From: an uncultured virus (IMG/VR IMGVR_UViG_3300025915_000006)
Taxonomy: Duplodnaviria; Heunggongvirae; Uroviricota; Caudoviricetes
Strand: one strand, 5' to 3'
Length of the DNA stretch: 64,000 bases
IMG/VR virus record: IMGVR_UViG_3300025915_000006
Of the stretch, positions 36,874-45,762 are shown in pieces. The notes beneath the pieces are model-generated. The model did not search any database and was not told the DNA's origin. It was given only the letters and a program-made list of their open reading frames with translations. Every line of letters starts with the position of its first letter. Positions within the stretch are counted from its first letter, which is position 1. The position numbers were made by a program, and so were the translations under genes.

Positions 36874-37162
36874 AATAGTGGACACGTTCGCCGCAATTGT
36901 GGACAACGGTTAGCGGTCACTATTGAGGAAATGGCGGAGAGACAGGGATTCGAACCCTGGATACCTTGCGGTATACGTGATTTCGAGACTGAGGGAAAGA
37001 GCCGACGAATCAGGACGATCCGCCGATTGGCGTCCGAAAAATGACCGCGATGGACGCTAGGAGGGAAGATGGAATATCGGACGCGCGGACGGCTGAGCGC
37101 CGCATATCCAACGGGGTGAAAACCGGCCACAAACCGGCCAATTCTGTCTCGCGCGGCCACAA
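36874..37162. repeat. Candidate integrase arm-type sites flanking attP
   Basis: AATAGTGGACA and AATTGTGGACA left of the core; GGCCACAA (reverse complement TTGTGGCC) twice at about 37126 and 37155. Confidence 0.5.
36932..36987 (-). other. attP core = 3' part of tRNA-Ser(CGA)
   Basis: Minus strand CTCGAAATCACGTATACCGCAAGGTATCCAGGGTTCGAATCCCTGTCTCTCCGCCA gives anticodon loop, long variable arm, T-arm and CCA. The 5' half is absent. Confidence 0.9.
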
Positions 37163-37220
37163 AAACGATACACAGCCGCGAGTGCCGACGATGGTTTGCG
37201 ACATACGATAGGAGCGGTGG

Positions 37221-37771
37221 ATGACAATGACCGTCAGGGCCGCGTTAGACATCATCGCGGAATGGCGCAATGGATGCTCGTGCGCTAGTCCCGGTCGGCC
37301 AGAAGAATGCGGGGAGTGCTCGCGCGCCGCAATTGAGGCGTTGGAAGGCTGGTTGCGCGAGTTACCGGCCGAGATAGAAATTGTCGTGCTCGCGCAGGGG
37401 CTTGCGATGGTCGACGCGGAAATGCTCTCGGAGGCCGTCGAAGAATTGATGGGGCTGCGCTATCCGATAGTGGAGGCAGGATGAGCCATGCTCTCGTTCT
37501 CCAACGGGCGCTTGCAGAGGCGCAGCGGATCATGGCAGAAGGCGGCTATGCAACGACCAATTGGCGCTATACGATAAAGCCGCTGGAAGGGATAAGTGAG
37601 TTGGAAGTGCGCTGCGATATGTGGGATTGGGCCGGATCGGCGACGTTGCAATACGCCACCGGATTGCTCGCTGTCGGCGATGTTTACGCTCTCATTGCTA
37701 ACGACGTGGCGCGGGCGCTCGTGCTAAACATGCCGACGAAACTGCGCGCCAAGACCGCGGCGATCAAGTGA
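37221..37771 (+). other. Two small coupled hypothetical CDSs (37221-37484, 37481-37771)
   Basis: AGGAG/GGAGG RBSs and an ATGA overlap. Confidence 0.6.
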
Positions 37772-37975
37772 AACGCTACTTCCGCCTAAGCCCGGCTAAC
37801 AACCCCATCATGTAAGCGCGGGTAATGCTGTTGACGCCCTTGCATACTGCGATTCTCTGGACATCGTCGTCATTAAGCCTGACCTCTGGGGGGAGAAATC
37901 GCTGCGCATTCCGCATCGCGGGTTCGTCCATCGGCGCGAAGTCCCAGTAGCGTGTTTCGTCCAACAGCGGAAGCA

Positions 37976-38281
37976 TCAGTGATCCTTGAGGTAGGCAGTG
38001 ACTACGGGATCGTTCAATTCGTCGATCGCGGCCTGCGCGCGTTTCTTGTCGTTCAGGATCGCCGCGTGGCAGTGTGATTGGCCGCTTACGGGGTCTTTTC
38101 CAAACGGCCAGCATCGATCAAGCAGCCACCAGCCGATGATGCCGTAGGCATGACCATGCGCGGCAGCCGTCCCGACGCGACTGGAAAGTGTGATGCCGAT
38201 GGTGCCGAAGTTGGTGCATGCCTGGACGAAGCCGTCCAGCGCGATTGCTACGCGCAGGAGGTAGGCGCGTAATCGGCTCAC
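37976..38281 (-). CDS. Small phage protein
   Basis: IALD...TLSSRVG..LLD..HC pattern, common near lysis and tail ends. Confidence 0.6.
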   Translation of the reverse strand: MSRLRAYLLRVAIALDGFVQACTNFGTIGITLSSRVGTAAAHGHAYGIIGWWLLDRCWPFGKDPVSGQSHCHAAILNDKKRAQAAIDELNDPVVTAYLKDH

Positions 38282-38796
38282 AGCACGAGTTCGGCCAGCA
38301 TCAGCCCTGCGGGAGAGCCGGGCACATTCCAGATGGCGAGCGTGTAGGCGACGCCGGTTTCGATGACCGGATGCGCAAGGGCCGCGGCAAAGGGTCCGGT
38401 CGGCTGCGCGGGATTGAACGACATAATCGCGGATACCGTGCTGACGCCCTTCGACTGGCGCCATAGGATTGCGCCGTCATGATCGCGAATCAGCATCGCG
38501 AGGCGTGGAATCTGTCCGCCCTGCGCTTCCGCCGCCTGCATCGTTGCGACCGCAGCCTGAACAGGCCCTGCAGTGAACTTGACCAGCCACGCATTGCCGT
38601 CGTTAAGCGGTCCTGGTGCGGTCTTCCTGTTCGCGATCCACGGGAACGTCGTGACCATCGTGGAACGACCAGTGAGTTCGGCTGGCAGGACAAGCGTGGG
38701 CGCAGCTACAGGAACAACAACGGGGGCGGCTTGCGGTGAGCCGTATTGTTGCAGGATCGATGCAATCTGTGCGTCGGTAAGTTGAATCGTAATCAT
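38278..38796 (-). CDS. Hypothetical beta-rich protein
   Basis: 172 aa, coupled on both sides. Confidence 0.65.
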   Translation of the reverse strand: MITIQLTDAQIASILQQYGSPQAAPVVVPVAAPTLVLPAELTGRSTMVTTFPWIANRKTAPGPLNDGNAWLVKFTAGPVQAAVATMQAAEAQGGQIPRLAMLIRDHDGAILWRQSKGVSTVSAIMSFNPAQPTGPFAAALAHPVIETGVAYTLAIWNVPGSPAGLMLAELVL

Positions 38797-39629
38797 GCAG
38801 CACCTTTCTTGATCGCGGTCCCTGCGGCTGCGTAAGCCGGAAACGCTCCGTTCGTTCCAATGCCCTTGCCGCCACCGTAGTCCACGTAAAGAAACGCGAT
38901 GACGGCTGCCACGTTGCCGCGGGCTTCGGCAAAGTCAGCGAACGGTGTCACGTCCTGCCGCCATGGATCAGCCCCGCCGGGAACGACGATCCACTGCTGA
39001 TCGGGACGAATGCTCGGCAGGCGTTGCAGGACGCCGGAACCTGCACCGTAGTCGTCGCGGCCAATCCAGTCGTACGCGGAGATTCCCGGCGTCTGGCCGT
39101 TCGGTCCGTAGATGACGGCCAACTTCGTTCCCGGCCATGCCGCCCGCGTCTCAGTGCAGCATTGGACCACGATGGCGTCCGTCAACTGCGCGTGAGTATC
39201 TGGCTCATCGAGAATGTAGAGCGCGATCACGATCGGCGATAGATCGAGCGCGTCAAGTTGTTTCTTGAACGTCGCGAGCTCCGCGGTGCCTAAGTATTTA
39301 TAGCCCGCATCGAAGGTGAGGAATCCCGTCGAGACAATCGCTTTCAGGCCCGCGGCCTTCGCGGACTGAAGCTGGGCGATGATCCGTGCCTTGATCGCTT
39401 CCTTGTCCTTCGTCCAATCGCCCCAGTCCACGCAATGCGAAAAAGTCACCGAACTCGCTGTCGCGGCAATATCTGCCAGACCGAAGTAGCCGAATTCGAG
39501 CGGCGCGGCGCGAACGATTGGTGCTGTGGGAGCAACGGACGTAGAGGGCGCGGATGGTGTACTTGATCCGCCTCCCCCGCAGCCCGCAAGAACCAGCGCC
39601 GCCGCGAGGACGGTGAGTCTTAGCGTCAC
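38793..39629 (-). CDS. Lipoprotein with a glycoside-hydrolase-like barrel
   Basis: Lipobox LAGC, GGGGSS linker, AKAAGLKAIV, YILDEPD, YDWIGRDDY. Confidence 0.65.
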   Translation of the reverse strand: MTLRLTVLAAALVLAGCGGGGSSTPSAPSTSVAPTAPIVRAAPLEFGYFGLADIAATASSVTFSHCVDWGDWTKDKEAIKARIIAQLQSAKAAGLKAIVSTGFLTFDAGYKYLGTAELATFKKQLDALDLSPIVIALYILDEPDTHAQLTDAIVVQCCTETRAAWPGTKLAVIYGPNGQTPGISAYDWIGRDDYGAGSGVLQRLPSIRPDQQWIVVPGGADPWRQDVTPFADFAEARGNVAAVIAFLYVDYGGGKGIGTNGAFPAYAAAGTAIKKGAA

Positions 39630-39772
39630 GAATGGGCATCCCTGTTAAGTCGTTCGACATACCGCGCTAACCGCTCGCGATGCTTCGGCTTGATCCACAC
39701 TTGGACCGCTACCAAGCCCGCAGCCCGGTAGCGGTCGCGCTCTTCCTGCTTACGCTGCGCGGCAGTCTTCAC
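39626..39772 (-). CDS. 48-aa ribbon-helix-helix / antitoxin-like protein
   Basis: Manual translation MKTAAQRKQEERDRYRAAGLVAVQVWIKPKHRERLARYVERLNRDAHS; not in the ORF track. Confidence 0.65.
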   Translation of the reverse strand: MKTAAQRKQEERDRYRAAGLVAVQVWIKPKHRERLARYVERLNRDAHS

Positions 39773-39998
39773 AATCGCACTCGGCAATTTCACGGAGGCG
39801 CGCAATCAGATCGGCAGCCGTGTCTCCGATTACTGAGTGAACGTGGTCATCGCCCTGATTCCATCCTTTGCACAGCCAGGCCATGTAACGCCAGCTCTCG
39901 TTGTATCCGCCGAAATCCACTGAACTGATTTGATCTTGGTGCTTGTCACAGTAGCGACGCACCGTTAGTGGAACCCCTCTATCGTATGTAACCATCAC
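39750..39998 (-). CDS. Hypothetical moron protein
   Basis: GGGGAG RBS, first gene after its own promoter. Confidence 0.65.
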   Translation of the reverse strand: MMVTYDRGVPLTVRRYCDKHQDQISSVDFGGYNESWRYMAWLCKGWNQGDDHVHSVIGDTAADLIARLREIAECDCEDCRAA

Positions 39999-40035
39999 GC
40001 TCCCCTGTTGTCCGTGGCTCTATCACCACGACACC

Positions 40036-40057
40036 ATTATAGCATGTGACTAGTCAC
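40036..40057 (-). promoter_or_regulatory. Extended -10 promoter with a palindromic operator
   Basis: TGCTATAAT (40036-40044) adjacent to the perfect palindrome GTGACTAGTCAC (40046-40057). Confidence 0.7.
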
Positions 40058-40154
40058 GCTCATAGGGAAATCGGCGCATTTTACGCTTCAAGACTTGTGC
40101 CACGTATTGCACGTCAATGAGTTAGCGCGCCGACGAACGGCGGTTCGTGCATTT

Positions 40155-40616
40155 TTACGCGACGAGCTTATTGAGTGCGTCCTGCGCCGCCGTCACTGCG
40201 GCCTTTTGATTCTGCACATCGACGATCGCCGCCTGGTGCGTAGCGATGGCGGTCTGGTGATCCGCAATCACGGCGTCGAGTTGTGCATGCTTGGCAAGGA
40301 CGGCATCCGAAGCGGTCACAACCACTTGCACGGGAGCGGTCCCGCCGCTACCCGCAGACGGTGCCACGGGCACTGCCGCCGGAGGAGTAGCGGCAACGGG
40401 CGCTGCGGGTGCGGCGGGATGGTGCAGCCACGAACGGGCGACGCCTGCGGCTTTTTCGGCATCGAGTTCGGCGGTACTGATGAAGCGCGAAAAGTATGGC
40501 TTGGCCGCGGATTCCACCGACGCGACGCTCGCCGTGTGGCCTTTCAGAAGCAGGTACGCCACACCGATGACCGCGAGCGCGGACAGACCAAGGGCAACCC
40601 ATGCATAGACGTTCAT
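40155..40616 (-). CDS. Membrane-anchored coiled-coil protein
   Basis: GGAGG RBS, N-terminal TM, Pro/Ala linker, heptad repeats. Confidence 0.7.
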   Translation of the reverse strand: MNVYAWVALGLSALAVIGVAYLLLKGHTASVASVESAAKPYFSRFISTAELDAEKAAGVARSWLHHPAAPAAPVAATPPAAVPVAPSAGSGGTAPVQVVVTASDAVLAKHAQLDAVIADHQTAIATHQAAIVDVQNQKAAVTAAQDALNKLVA

Positions 40617-40617
40617 G

Positions 40618-40905
40618 TCATTTACCTCCAGATGAGCACGCAATGAGCGCGGCGCGCAGTTTCGCGATGTACGGCTTGATGTCTTCGTCGATGCGCAGTT
40701 TCAGCCACGCGGCGAATTGCTCGGGATCGGCGTCCTTGGCAATCGGCCTGGCCGGCGCAAGAACTGGAATATCGGCTTCCTTGATGCACGGCGTTCCCAC
40801 CGGCGTCTGCACGGTCACGACGCTGCCGACCGGCAAATCCGGCGCGGTCGGAACGCTACCGCAGGAGATCAACAGCATCGTGCAGAATAGAAGTAGCGCG
40901 CGCAC
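40618..40905 (-). CDS. o-spanin (Rz1-like lipoprotein)
   Basis: Lipobox LISC, Pro-rich, PC...AC pattern; overlaps the i-spanin end. Confidence 0.8.
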   Translation of the reverse strand: MRALLLFCTMLLISCGSVPTAPDLPVGSVVTVQTPVGTPCIKEADIPVLAPARPIAKDADPEQFAAWLKLRIDEDIKPYIAKLRAALIACSSGGK

Positions 40906-41293
40906 AGACGATCTCCGTGGATTCGGTTGATTTCGGACGAACGAGAATCGCGGTCAGACGCCCGCGTTCAACGGCGTTGGCATCGGCACGGGCGGTCTCG
41001 GCGGCAAGCGCTGCTTTGGCCCGGACTTCCGCGTCGATGCGTTCCTGCGCGTAATCGGCGAACGACTTTTGCAGGGCCGCGAACTGTCCCTGCAAGCCGG
41101 TATTGACGGCCTGCGCGTCGGTGAGCCGCTTCGACAGCGCGTTGATCTGCGGCTGGAGCTTGGTCGTCGTTCTGACGTCGCCCTGGATGCGGTACGGCTC
41201 GGCGATGTAGCTTTCCCACAACGCGATGCAGGTTGCGACCAGCGCGCCGACAATCGCAGCGATGATCGCGTACTTGATGATGGTATCAATCAT
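40856..41293 (-). CDS. i-spanin (Rz-like)
   Basis: N-terminal TM, periplasmic coiled coil, C-terminal Cys. Confidence 0.8.
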   Translation of the reverse strand: MIDTIIKYAIIAAIVGALVATCIALWESYIAEPYRIQGDVRTTTKLQPQINALSKRLTDAQAVNTGLQGQFAALQKSFADYAQERIDAEVRAKAALAAETARADANAVERGRLTAILVRPKSTESTEIVCARATSILHDAVDLLR

Positions 41294-41531
41294 CGTCGCG
41301 CTTCAATTTGCCGCGAAACAGCATGACGTGAACGGGCAAGAGTTTTCTCCATAACGGCAGGTCTTCCCAGCGTTTCGGGTGACGCGGAATCCATTGTTCA
41401 ACGGCGATGCCCTTTAGTGACTTCGCCCAGAGGAAATGCGGCCACCAGCCATATTTCGACTTGCGGACGATGAAATACCCACCGCCGTGCAGCCACCGCC
41501 TGACCGCGAAGATCAGGCAGTTGGAGCGCAT
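41286..41531 (-). CDS. Small basic Trp-rich hypothetical protein
   Basis: MRSNCLIFAVRRW..WPHFLW. Confidence 0.6.
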   Translation of the reverse strand: MRSNCLIFAVRRWLHGGGYFIVRKSKYGWWPHFLWAKSLKGIAVEQWIPRHPKRWEDLPLWRKLLPVHVMLFRGKLKRDDD

Positions 41532-42073
41532 CAGCCCATCGGCTTCGCGACGCCGACATCCGTTGCCGCTTCCGCCGGGGCCGGTGCAACGACGGTATCT
41601 GCGGCAGGCGCGTTGATGATCTGCTGCGAATTGCCGCCGTCGGGCGCGGTCGAAGCAGGACGAGAAGCCCACGCGTCGGCAATCCCGTCAACGGTCGGCT
41701 TGGCAACGAAGAAGCCGAGGACCAGCGTCAGCAAGGGAGTCAACGTGTCCCATGACTTCGCGAGCACGACCTGCACGATTGCCCATGCCGCGATGCCGGC
41801 GAACAGGAACAACAGATGGCGGTAGGGATCGGCCTTCCCCGTCTTTGCGTTCATCACCATGTCGATCAGGTTGTAGCGCGCGAGGTCGGAGTTCCACCGA
41901 TACAGGGTTACTCCTCCGAACACGAACACGCAGATGAGCGAGACCAGCGGCCAATTGATCTTTTCCAGCTTGGTTTCGTAGCGATCGACCGCGAGGACGA
42001 TCAACACGAAGGTAGAGGCAATGGCAAGCGCGCTCCATGCCGCCGTCCATTTGATGCGGCGGCTCACAGCCAC
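41531..42073 (-). CDS. Multi-pass membrane protein (holin candidate)
   Basis: About four hydrophobic segments; upstream of the spanins. Confidence 0.55.
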   Translation of the reverse strand: MAVSRRIKWTAAWSALAIASTFVLIVLAVDRYETKLEKINWPLVSLICVFVFGGVTLYRWNSDLARYNLIDMVMNAKTGKADPYRHLLFLFAGIAAWAIVQVVLAKSWDTLTPLLTLVLGFFVAKPTVDGIADAWASRPASTAPDGGNSQQIINAPAADTVVAPAPAEAATDVGVAKPMG

Positions 42074-42561
42074 TCCGACGGCTTGTTAGGTTTGGCGTCC
42101 TTCGGGTTATCCCTCTCCGGCAGGATCAGGTTCGACACGTAATCATCCTGGGTTTCCCCCGTCCCGCCACGTTTAGTAATCTCTGCGCGACCACCATTCG
42201 CGGCGGACTTTTCACCGCCGGCAAAGGTCTGTTCCGCCTGCTTGGAATAGGGAATGACGTACAGACGGGTTGCATTCCCGACCCGCGCCCAGACCTCGAT
42301 GCCGGTCTTAGTGTGGCCCGTAATGACAACGTTGTGTCCGAGCAGCACGAACCGCTCGGGAAGGCTTGCCGGTAAAGCCTTACCAACGACGGCGCCGGCA
42401 AAGGGAATTGCCATCACCCACACGACGAGGGACAGGGGTATGAGTCCCCACTTGAGCAGGTAGCGTCCCGGCGCACTTAGGAACACGTACACGGAAAACG
42501 CCGCGAGCAGCGTCGCCGTCAAAAGACTCGGCGCCAATAGAAGCAGCAAATCCTTGTTCAT
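42064..42561 (-). CDS. Two-TM membrane protein with a soluble domain (third gene of the MotA/B-like module)
   Basis: ATGA-coupled; two TMs, then LPERFVLL..IEVW..RLYVIPYSKQ. Confidence 0.65.
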   Translation of the reverse strand: MNKDLLLLLAPSLLTATLLAAFSVYVFLSAPGRYLLKWGLIPLSLVVWVMAIPFAGAVVGKALPASLPERFVLLGHNVVITGHTKTGIEVWARVGNATRLYVIPYSKQAEQTFAGGEKSAANGGRAEITKRGGTGETQDDYVSNLILPERDNPKDAKPNKPSEWL

Positions 42562-43157
42562 CGTGTCGGAATGAACGGCACGTCGGCGCTGGTGTCTACG
42601 GTTGCGGAGCCATCGGGTAAGACAGTGAAAGCGAAGGCGGTCTTCTGCTCGCCGACCATAGAAAGCGGTACGTCTACGGATGCGAGTTCCACCAGCAGCG
42701 GATTCAGTCGGGTGAGCGTCACGCGCACCGGATACGGCAGGTTCACCTTCCCCTCGTTTACTTTGTAGACATGCACGTTCGCGACATAGCGACCGGGAAC
42801 CAAAGCCCGGACGGTCACGACTTCGCGATGCTCGATCGGCACTTCCTGCCCGGTCTTGAAATCGATATAAAAACCGTTGATCCCGATGTCGTCGTGATCC
42901 AGCACGCACCAGCCGACCTCATGCTCGCGGAAATTGAGTTGCCGGTCATCGGGCAGCAGAAGATGAATGTCGATGTCGTCCTTCGCCGCCATCGGCCACG
43001 TCAGTTGCAGCACGTACTCGGCTTTCATCACGACACCGGGTTTTGCTTCCGCAGGATGCACCTGCACGATGGCCGCGATGAACAGGTACGTGATGACACC
43101 CAGCATCGTGAGGTACAAATCCAGCCACGCCCAAACGTAGCCGGGACGCTTACGCAT
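42558..43157 (-). CDS. MotB/ExbD/TolR-like single-pass protein with a periplasmic beta domain
   Basis: Basic N-terminus, TM beginning WAWLDLYL (Asp13); LTW..DDIDIH..LDHDD..REVV resembles DUF2135/YfaP. Confidence 0.6.
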   Translation of the reverse strand: MRKRPGYVWAWLDLYLTMLGVITYLFIAAIVQVHPAEAKPGVVMKAEYVLQLTWPMAAKDDIDIHLLLPDDRQLNFREHEVGWCVLDHDDIGINGFYIDFKTGQEVPIEHREVVTVRALVPGRYVANVHVYKVNEGKVNLPYPVRVTLTRLNPLLVELASVDVPLSMVGEQKTAFAFTVLPDGSATVDTSADVPFIPTR

Positions 43158-43599
43158 CGAGATACCGCAAGTTCGTCAGTTGCAGGTTGAGCAGACTGGA
43201 ACACAGCACGCCGACGAAGGTGACGAGACAGATCGTGCCGAGTCCCTTCGCGGCCGCACCGATGGCCGCTGGGGTAGGAGCCATACCGGACCCGAAGGCG
43301 CCGGAGAGCATCAAGTAGAAGCCCAGCGTCGTTCCCATGATGGCGATCTTCATCAACAGGTCGGACGCCTCGTCGCAACTGTTCAGATGCTGCGTGAGGT
43401 CATTCACCCGCCCATCCGCGGCGAGGATAGTCAGCCAGCCGACAAAACCCGAGACCACGAAATAGATCGCGACAATGACGAACGAGAGCTTGGTCTGATC
43501 GACCTGCCACAGACCTTGCAAGAGACCCGAGACACCCGCGCCGATAAACGCTAGCGCACTAGCGCAGAACAGGAACCACCATTTGAGTTTTTCGCTCAC
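43150..43599 (-). CDS. MotA/TolQ/ExbB-like membrane protein
   Basis: Four TMs; IAIMGTTLGF and GLGTICLVTFVGV match the GxxGTxxG and GxxxALxxTxxG channel helices. Confidence 0.7.
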   Translation of the reverse strand: MSEKLKWWFLFCASALAFIGAGVSGLLQGLWQVDQTKLSFVIVAIYFVVSGFVGWLTILAADGRVNDLTQHLNSCDEASDLLMKIAIMGTTLGFYLMLSGAFGSGMAPTPAAIGAAAKGLGTICLVTFVGVLCSSLLNLQLTNLRYLDA

Positions 43600-43811
43600 G
43601 CCGACCGTCCCGCGGAACATTCCATCTCGTGCTTGACCGCCTGATCCCGTTGTTCGCGTACCCGATCCAATTCCTGCGCCAGAGCATCCCCGGAATCCTT
43701 CAGCTTGCTCACCACCTGCACGCGCGCGCCGAGCGGGATTGTTTCCACTTCCGGGGTGCTGGCACAGCCAGCCAGCAGGATCAGCAGAAGCGCAGGACAT
43801 GATGGGCGCAC
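43596..43811 (-). CDS. Small lipoprotein
   Basis: LLLILLAGC lipobox; stop overlaps the MotA-like start (GTGA). Confidence 0.65.
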   Translation of the reverse strand: MRPSCPALLLILLAGCASTPEVETIPLGARVQVVSKLKDSGDALAQELDRVREQRDQAVKHEMECSAGRSA

Positions 43812-43905
43812 AGTTCCCCCGATGCGATGTGAATGGCAATCACCAATACCGACGCTAGAACACAGGCGCAGACCACAAGGGCGTAGACCCACGCGTCTTC
43901 CATCT

Positions 43906-44106
43906 TCATCGGAATAGCTCCTGTAGCTCCAAGGCTCTCCGTCTTACTTCTTCCGATACCGCAAAGCCGTACATTTCCGGATCGGTGAGGTCGGACAAAA
44001 ACGTCCGAACGCGCGTCCAGTCCTGCAACGAGAGACGTTGCGAATCGGCTTGCATGGCGATGGCTTCCTGAAGGCCGCGCCGGAGAGTGTCGAACGGCTT
44101 AGCCAT
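43906..44106 (-). CDS. Hypothetical protein
   Basis: MAKPFD..LTDPEMYGFAVSEEVR. Confidence 0.6.
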   Translation of the reverse strand: MAKPFDTLRRGLQEAIAMQADSQRLSLQDWTRVRTFLSDLTDPEMYGFAVSEEVRRRALELQELFR

Positions 44107-44107
44107 A

Positions 44108-45046
44108 CTACGAATACGCTTTCTTGAGATAGGCAAGTGACACAAGCATCGGGTCGTAATGTCCGTTGCCATCGACCTCGTGCTTGACAACGATCTGCCG
44201 CCTGACGTTGTTGCCTTGCGGTCCTAAATAGTCTTCGTTGTGCGTGTAGCAACAGCCCATCATCATGGCGATGTTCTGCGTCTTTTTATGCACCGCCATA
44301 TCGAACGTCTGTACGTGTCCCATTGTTGCCGAGCGTTGGCGCTCGCGCAGCAACACGGCGGCAGACGGAACCGGGCGCCCCATGATGCCGCTGGTGAAAT
44401 AGTGCGAAAACTCGATCCCGTCGATGTTGGCTACCTCTAGGAAATTGAATACTTCCCACCCGTAGTCTTTCAGCCCGAGGTCGTCTAGCGTGAACTTGCC
44501 CTCGAACTCTGGGTTGGTATCCACCATGCGCAAGATGCGAACCTCATGGTTGCCCATGCAAAAAACCTTACGCGGCTTATATCCGGGGATATTGTCGAAC
44601 GGAGCCAAAAACCGCTCCATCGCTTTTCGCCCAGCTTCGATGTCCCCAACGTAACGCCTGCCTTCAAATGACAACTTGCCCTTGTCGTAGCTGGACAAGC
44701 TTGGCATGTCCCACCAATCGCCAATGCACCCGACGACATCCGGGCGTTTTTCGGCAATGAAGTTACCCGCGTGTTCGAGGTGATCCGTGCTGACGTGCCG
44801 CTTGACTTGAGCGTCCGGAATCCATACGTGCATCCTGCCGATGCGCTCGCGCATGACGATCCGTTTTTCGTCGCGATGGAACGTCGCGCGAAGATTGCGC
44901 TGACGGCCCACGTTAGCCCGATACTCGACACCGTTCGCGGAAAGACGCGTCGCATTGGCCTTGCGCGCCTCGTATCCGGAACCGTACTGCTCAATCAGAT
45001 TTAGTGCTTCAATGCATTCCTTGTCTGTTTTCTTTTTCGCGGGCAC
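44108..45046 (-). CDS. Calcineurin-like metallophosphoesterase
   Basis: IPDAQ, IGDWWD, MGNHE, FSHYF, MGHVQ. Confidence 0.85.
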   Translation of the reverse strand: MPAKKKTDKECIEALNLIEQYGSGYEARKANATRLSANGVEYRANVGRQRNLRATFHRDEKRIVMRERIGRMHVWIPDAQVKRHVSTDHLEHAGNFIAEKRPDVVGCIGDWWDMPSLSSYDKGKLSFEGRRYVGDIEAGRKAMERFLAPFDNIPGYKPRKVFCMGNHEVRILRMVDTNPEFEGKFTLDDLGLKDYGWEVFNFLEVANIDGIEFSHYFTSGIMGRPVPSAAVLLRERQRSATMGHVQTFDMAVHKKTQNIAMMMGCCYTHNEDYLGPQGNNVRRQIVVKHEVDGNGHYDPMLVSLAYLKKAYS

Positions 45047-45313
45047 CTAATTCATGGCCCCGCCCGCTCCGCGCACGGCCGCGCTGCGAATAAGCTGTTC
45101 AACCTCTGCCGGGTCTGCGAGTTCCGGGTATTGCTGCCATACGAGCAACATAAGCCCTCTACTCATTGTGATTAGCTCTCCGCACGTCAGGGTTCCCAAC
45201 GGAACCGTTCCATCCGACTTCCTGCTGTAAACCTTTTTCGTCTCCATCCGTTCCCTGACGTCACTGCAGGTCAGGATCAGTTCCGCTACGTCTTCGCGGG
45301 TGATGAGGTTCAT
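45047..45313 (-). CDS. Hypothetical protein
   Basis: ATGA-coupled to the endolysin. Confidence 0.6.
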   Translation of the reverse strand: MNLITREDVAELILTCSDVRERMETKKVYSRKSDGTVPLGTLTCGELITMSRGLMLLVWQQYPELADPAEVEQLIRSAAVRGAGGAMN

Positions 45314-45762
45314 GGCCGCGCCGAGTAAATTCCGGCAACGAACATGTCCCGTTCAGCCGTCCGGCGCTTGGTCAGGCCGGCATTCGGGACGCCTCCAGCA
45401 ATATTCCATCGGAGGAATTCATCCGCAGCCTCGTCGAAACTTCCGCCGAGGACGCGCTTTCTAAGCGTCGATCCGGCGAGATTGCCAAGGCCGACGTTGA
45501 ACGCGAATTCGCACAGCGCGTCATGCTGGCTCTGCGTAACCAAGGCACCGCACATGAGGCGATCGACGCCATCGGACGCGTACAACAGGTCCGTGTCTAA
45601 CAGCGCATCCGCTTCATCTTGTGTGATGGAGCGGCGCGGGTCCGTCGGCTGCAGCTTGTGACCGAAACCGATGGTTCCATACCCAGCTTGGTCGATGTAG
45701 GGATACAGGCGACAGCCTTCCCACGCCATCACGAAGGCGCGTAGTTCAGCAGAGGGCTCCAT
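45310..45762 (-). CDS. Endolysin, GH24 lysozyme
   Basis: EGCRLYPYIDQAGYGTIGFGH (E-x8-D-x5-T), FNVG, GLTKRR..E. Confidence 0.95.
   Translation of the reverse strand: MEPSAELRAFVMAWEGCRLYPYIDQAGYGTIGFGHKLQPTDPRRSITQDEADALLDTDLLYASDGVDRLMCGALVTQSQHDALCEFAFNVGLGNLAGSTLRKRVLGGSFDEAADEFLRWNIAGGVPNAGLTKRRTAERDMFVAGIYSARP

Noticed and set aside
36932..37010. Complete tRNA-Ser gene
   Set aside because: Only the anticodon loop to CCA is present, with no D-arm or 5' acceptor strand, so it is an att core.
42064..43599. Zorya defence system
   Set aside because: The A subunit lacks the long cytoplasmic tail, the B subunit shows no OmpA-like motif, and no ZorC/D/E genes are nearby.
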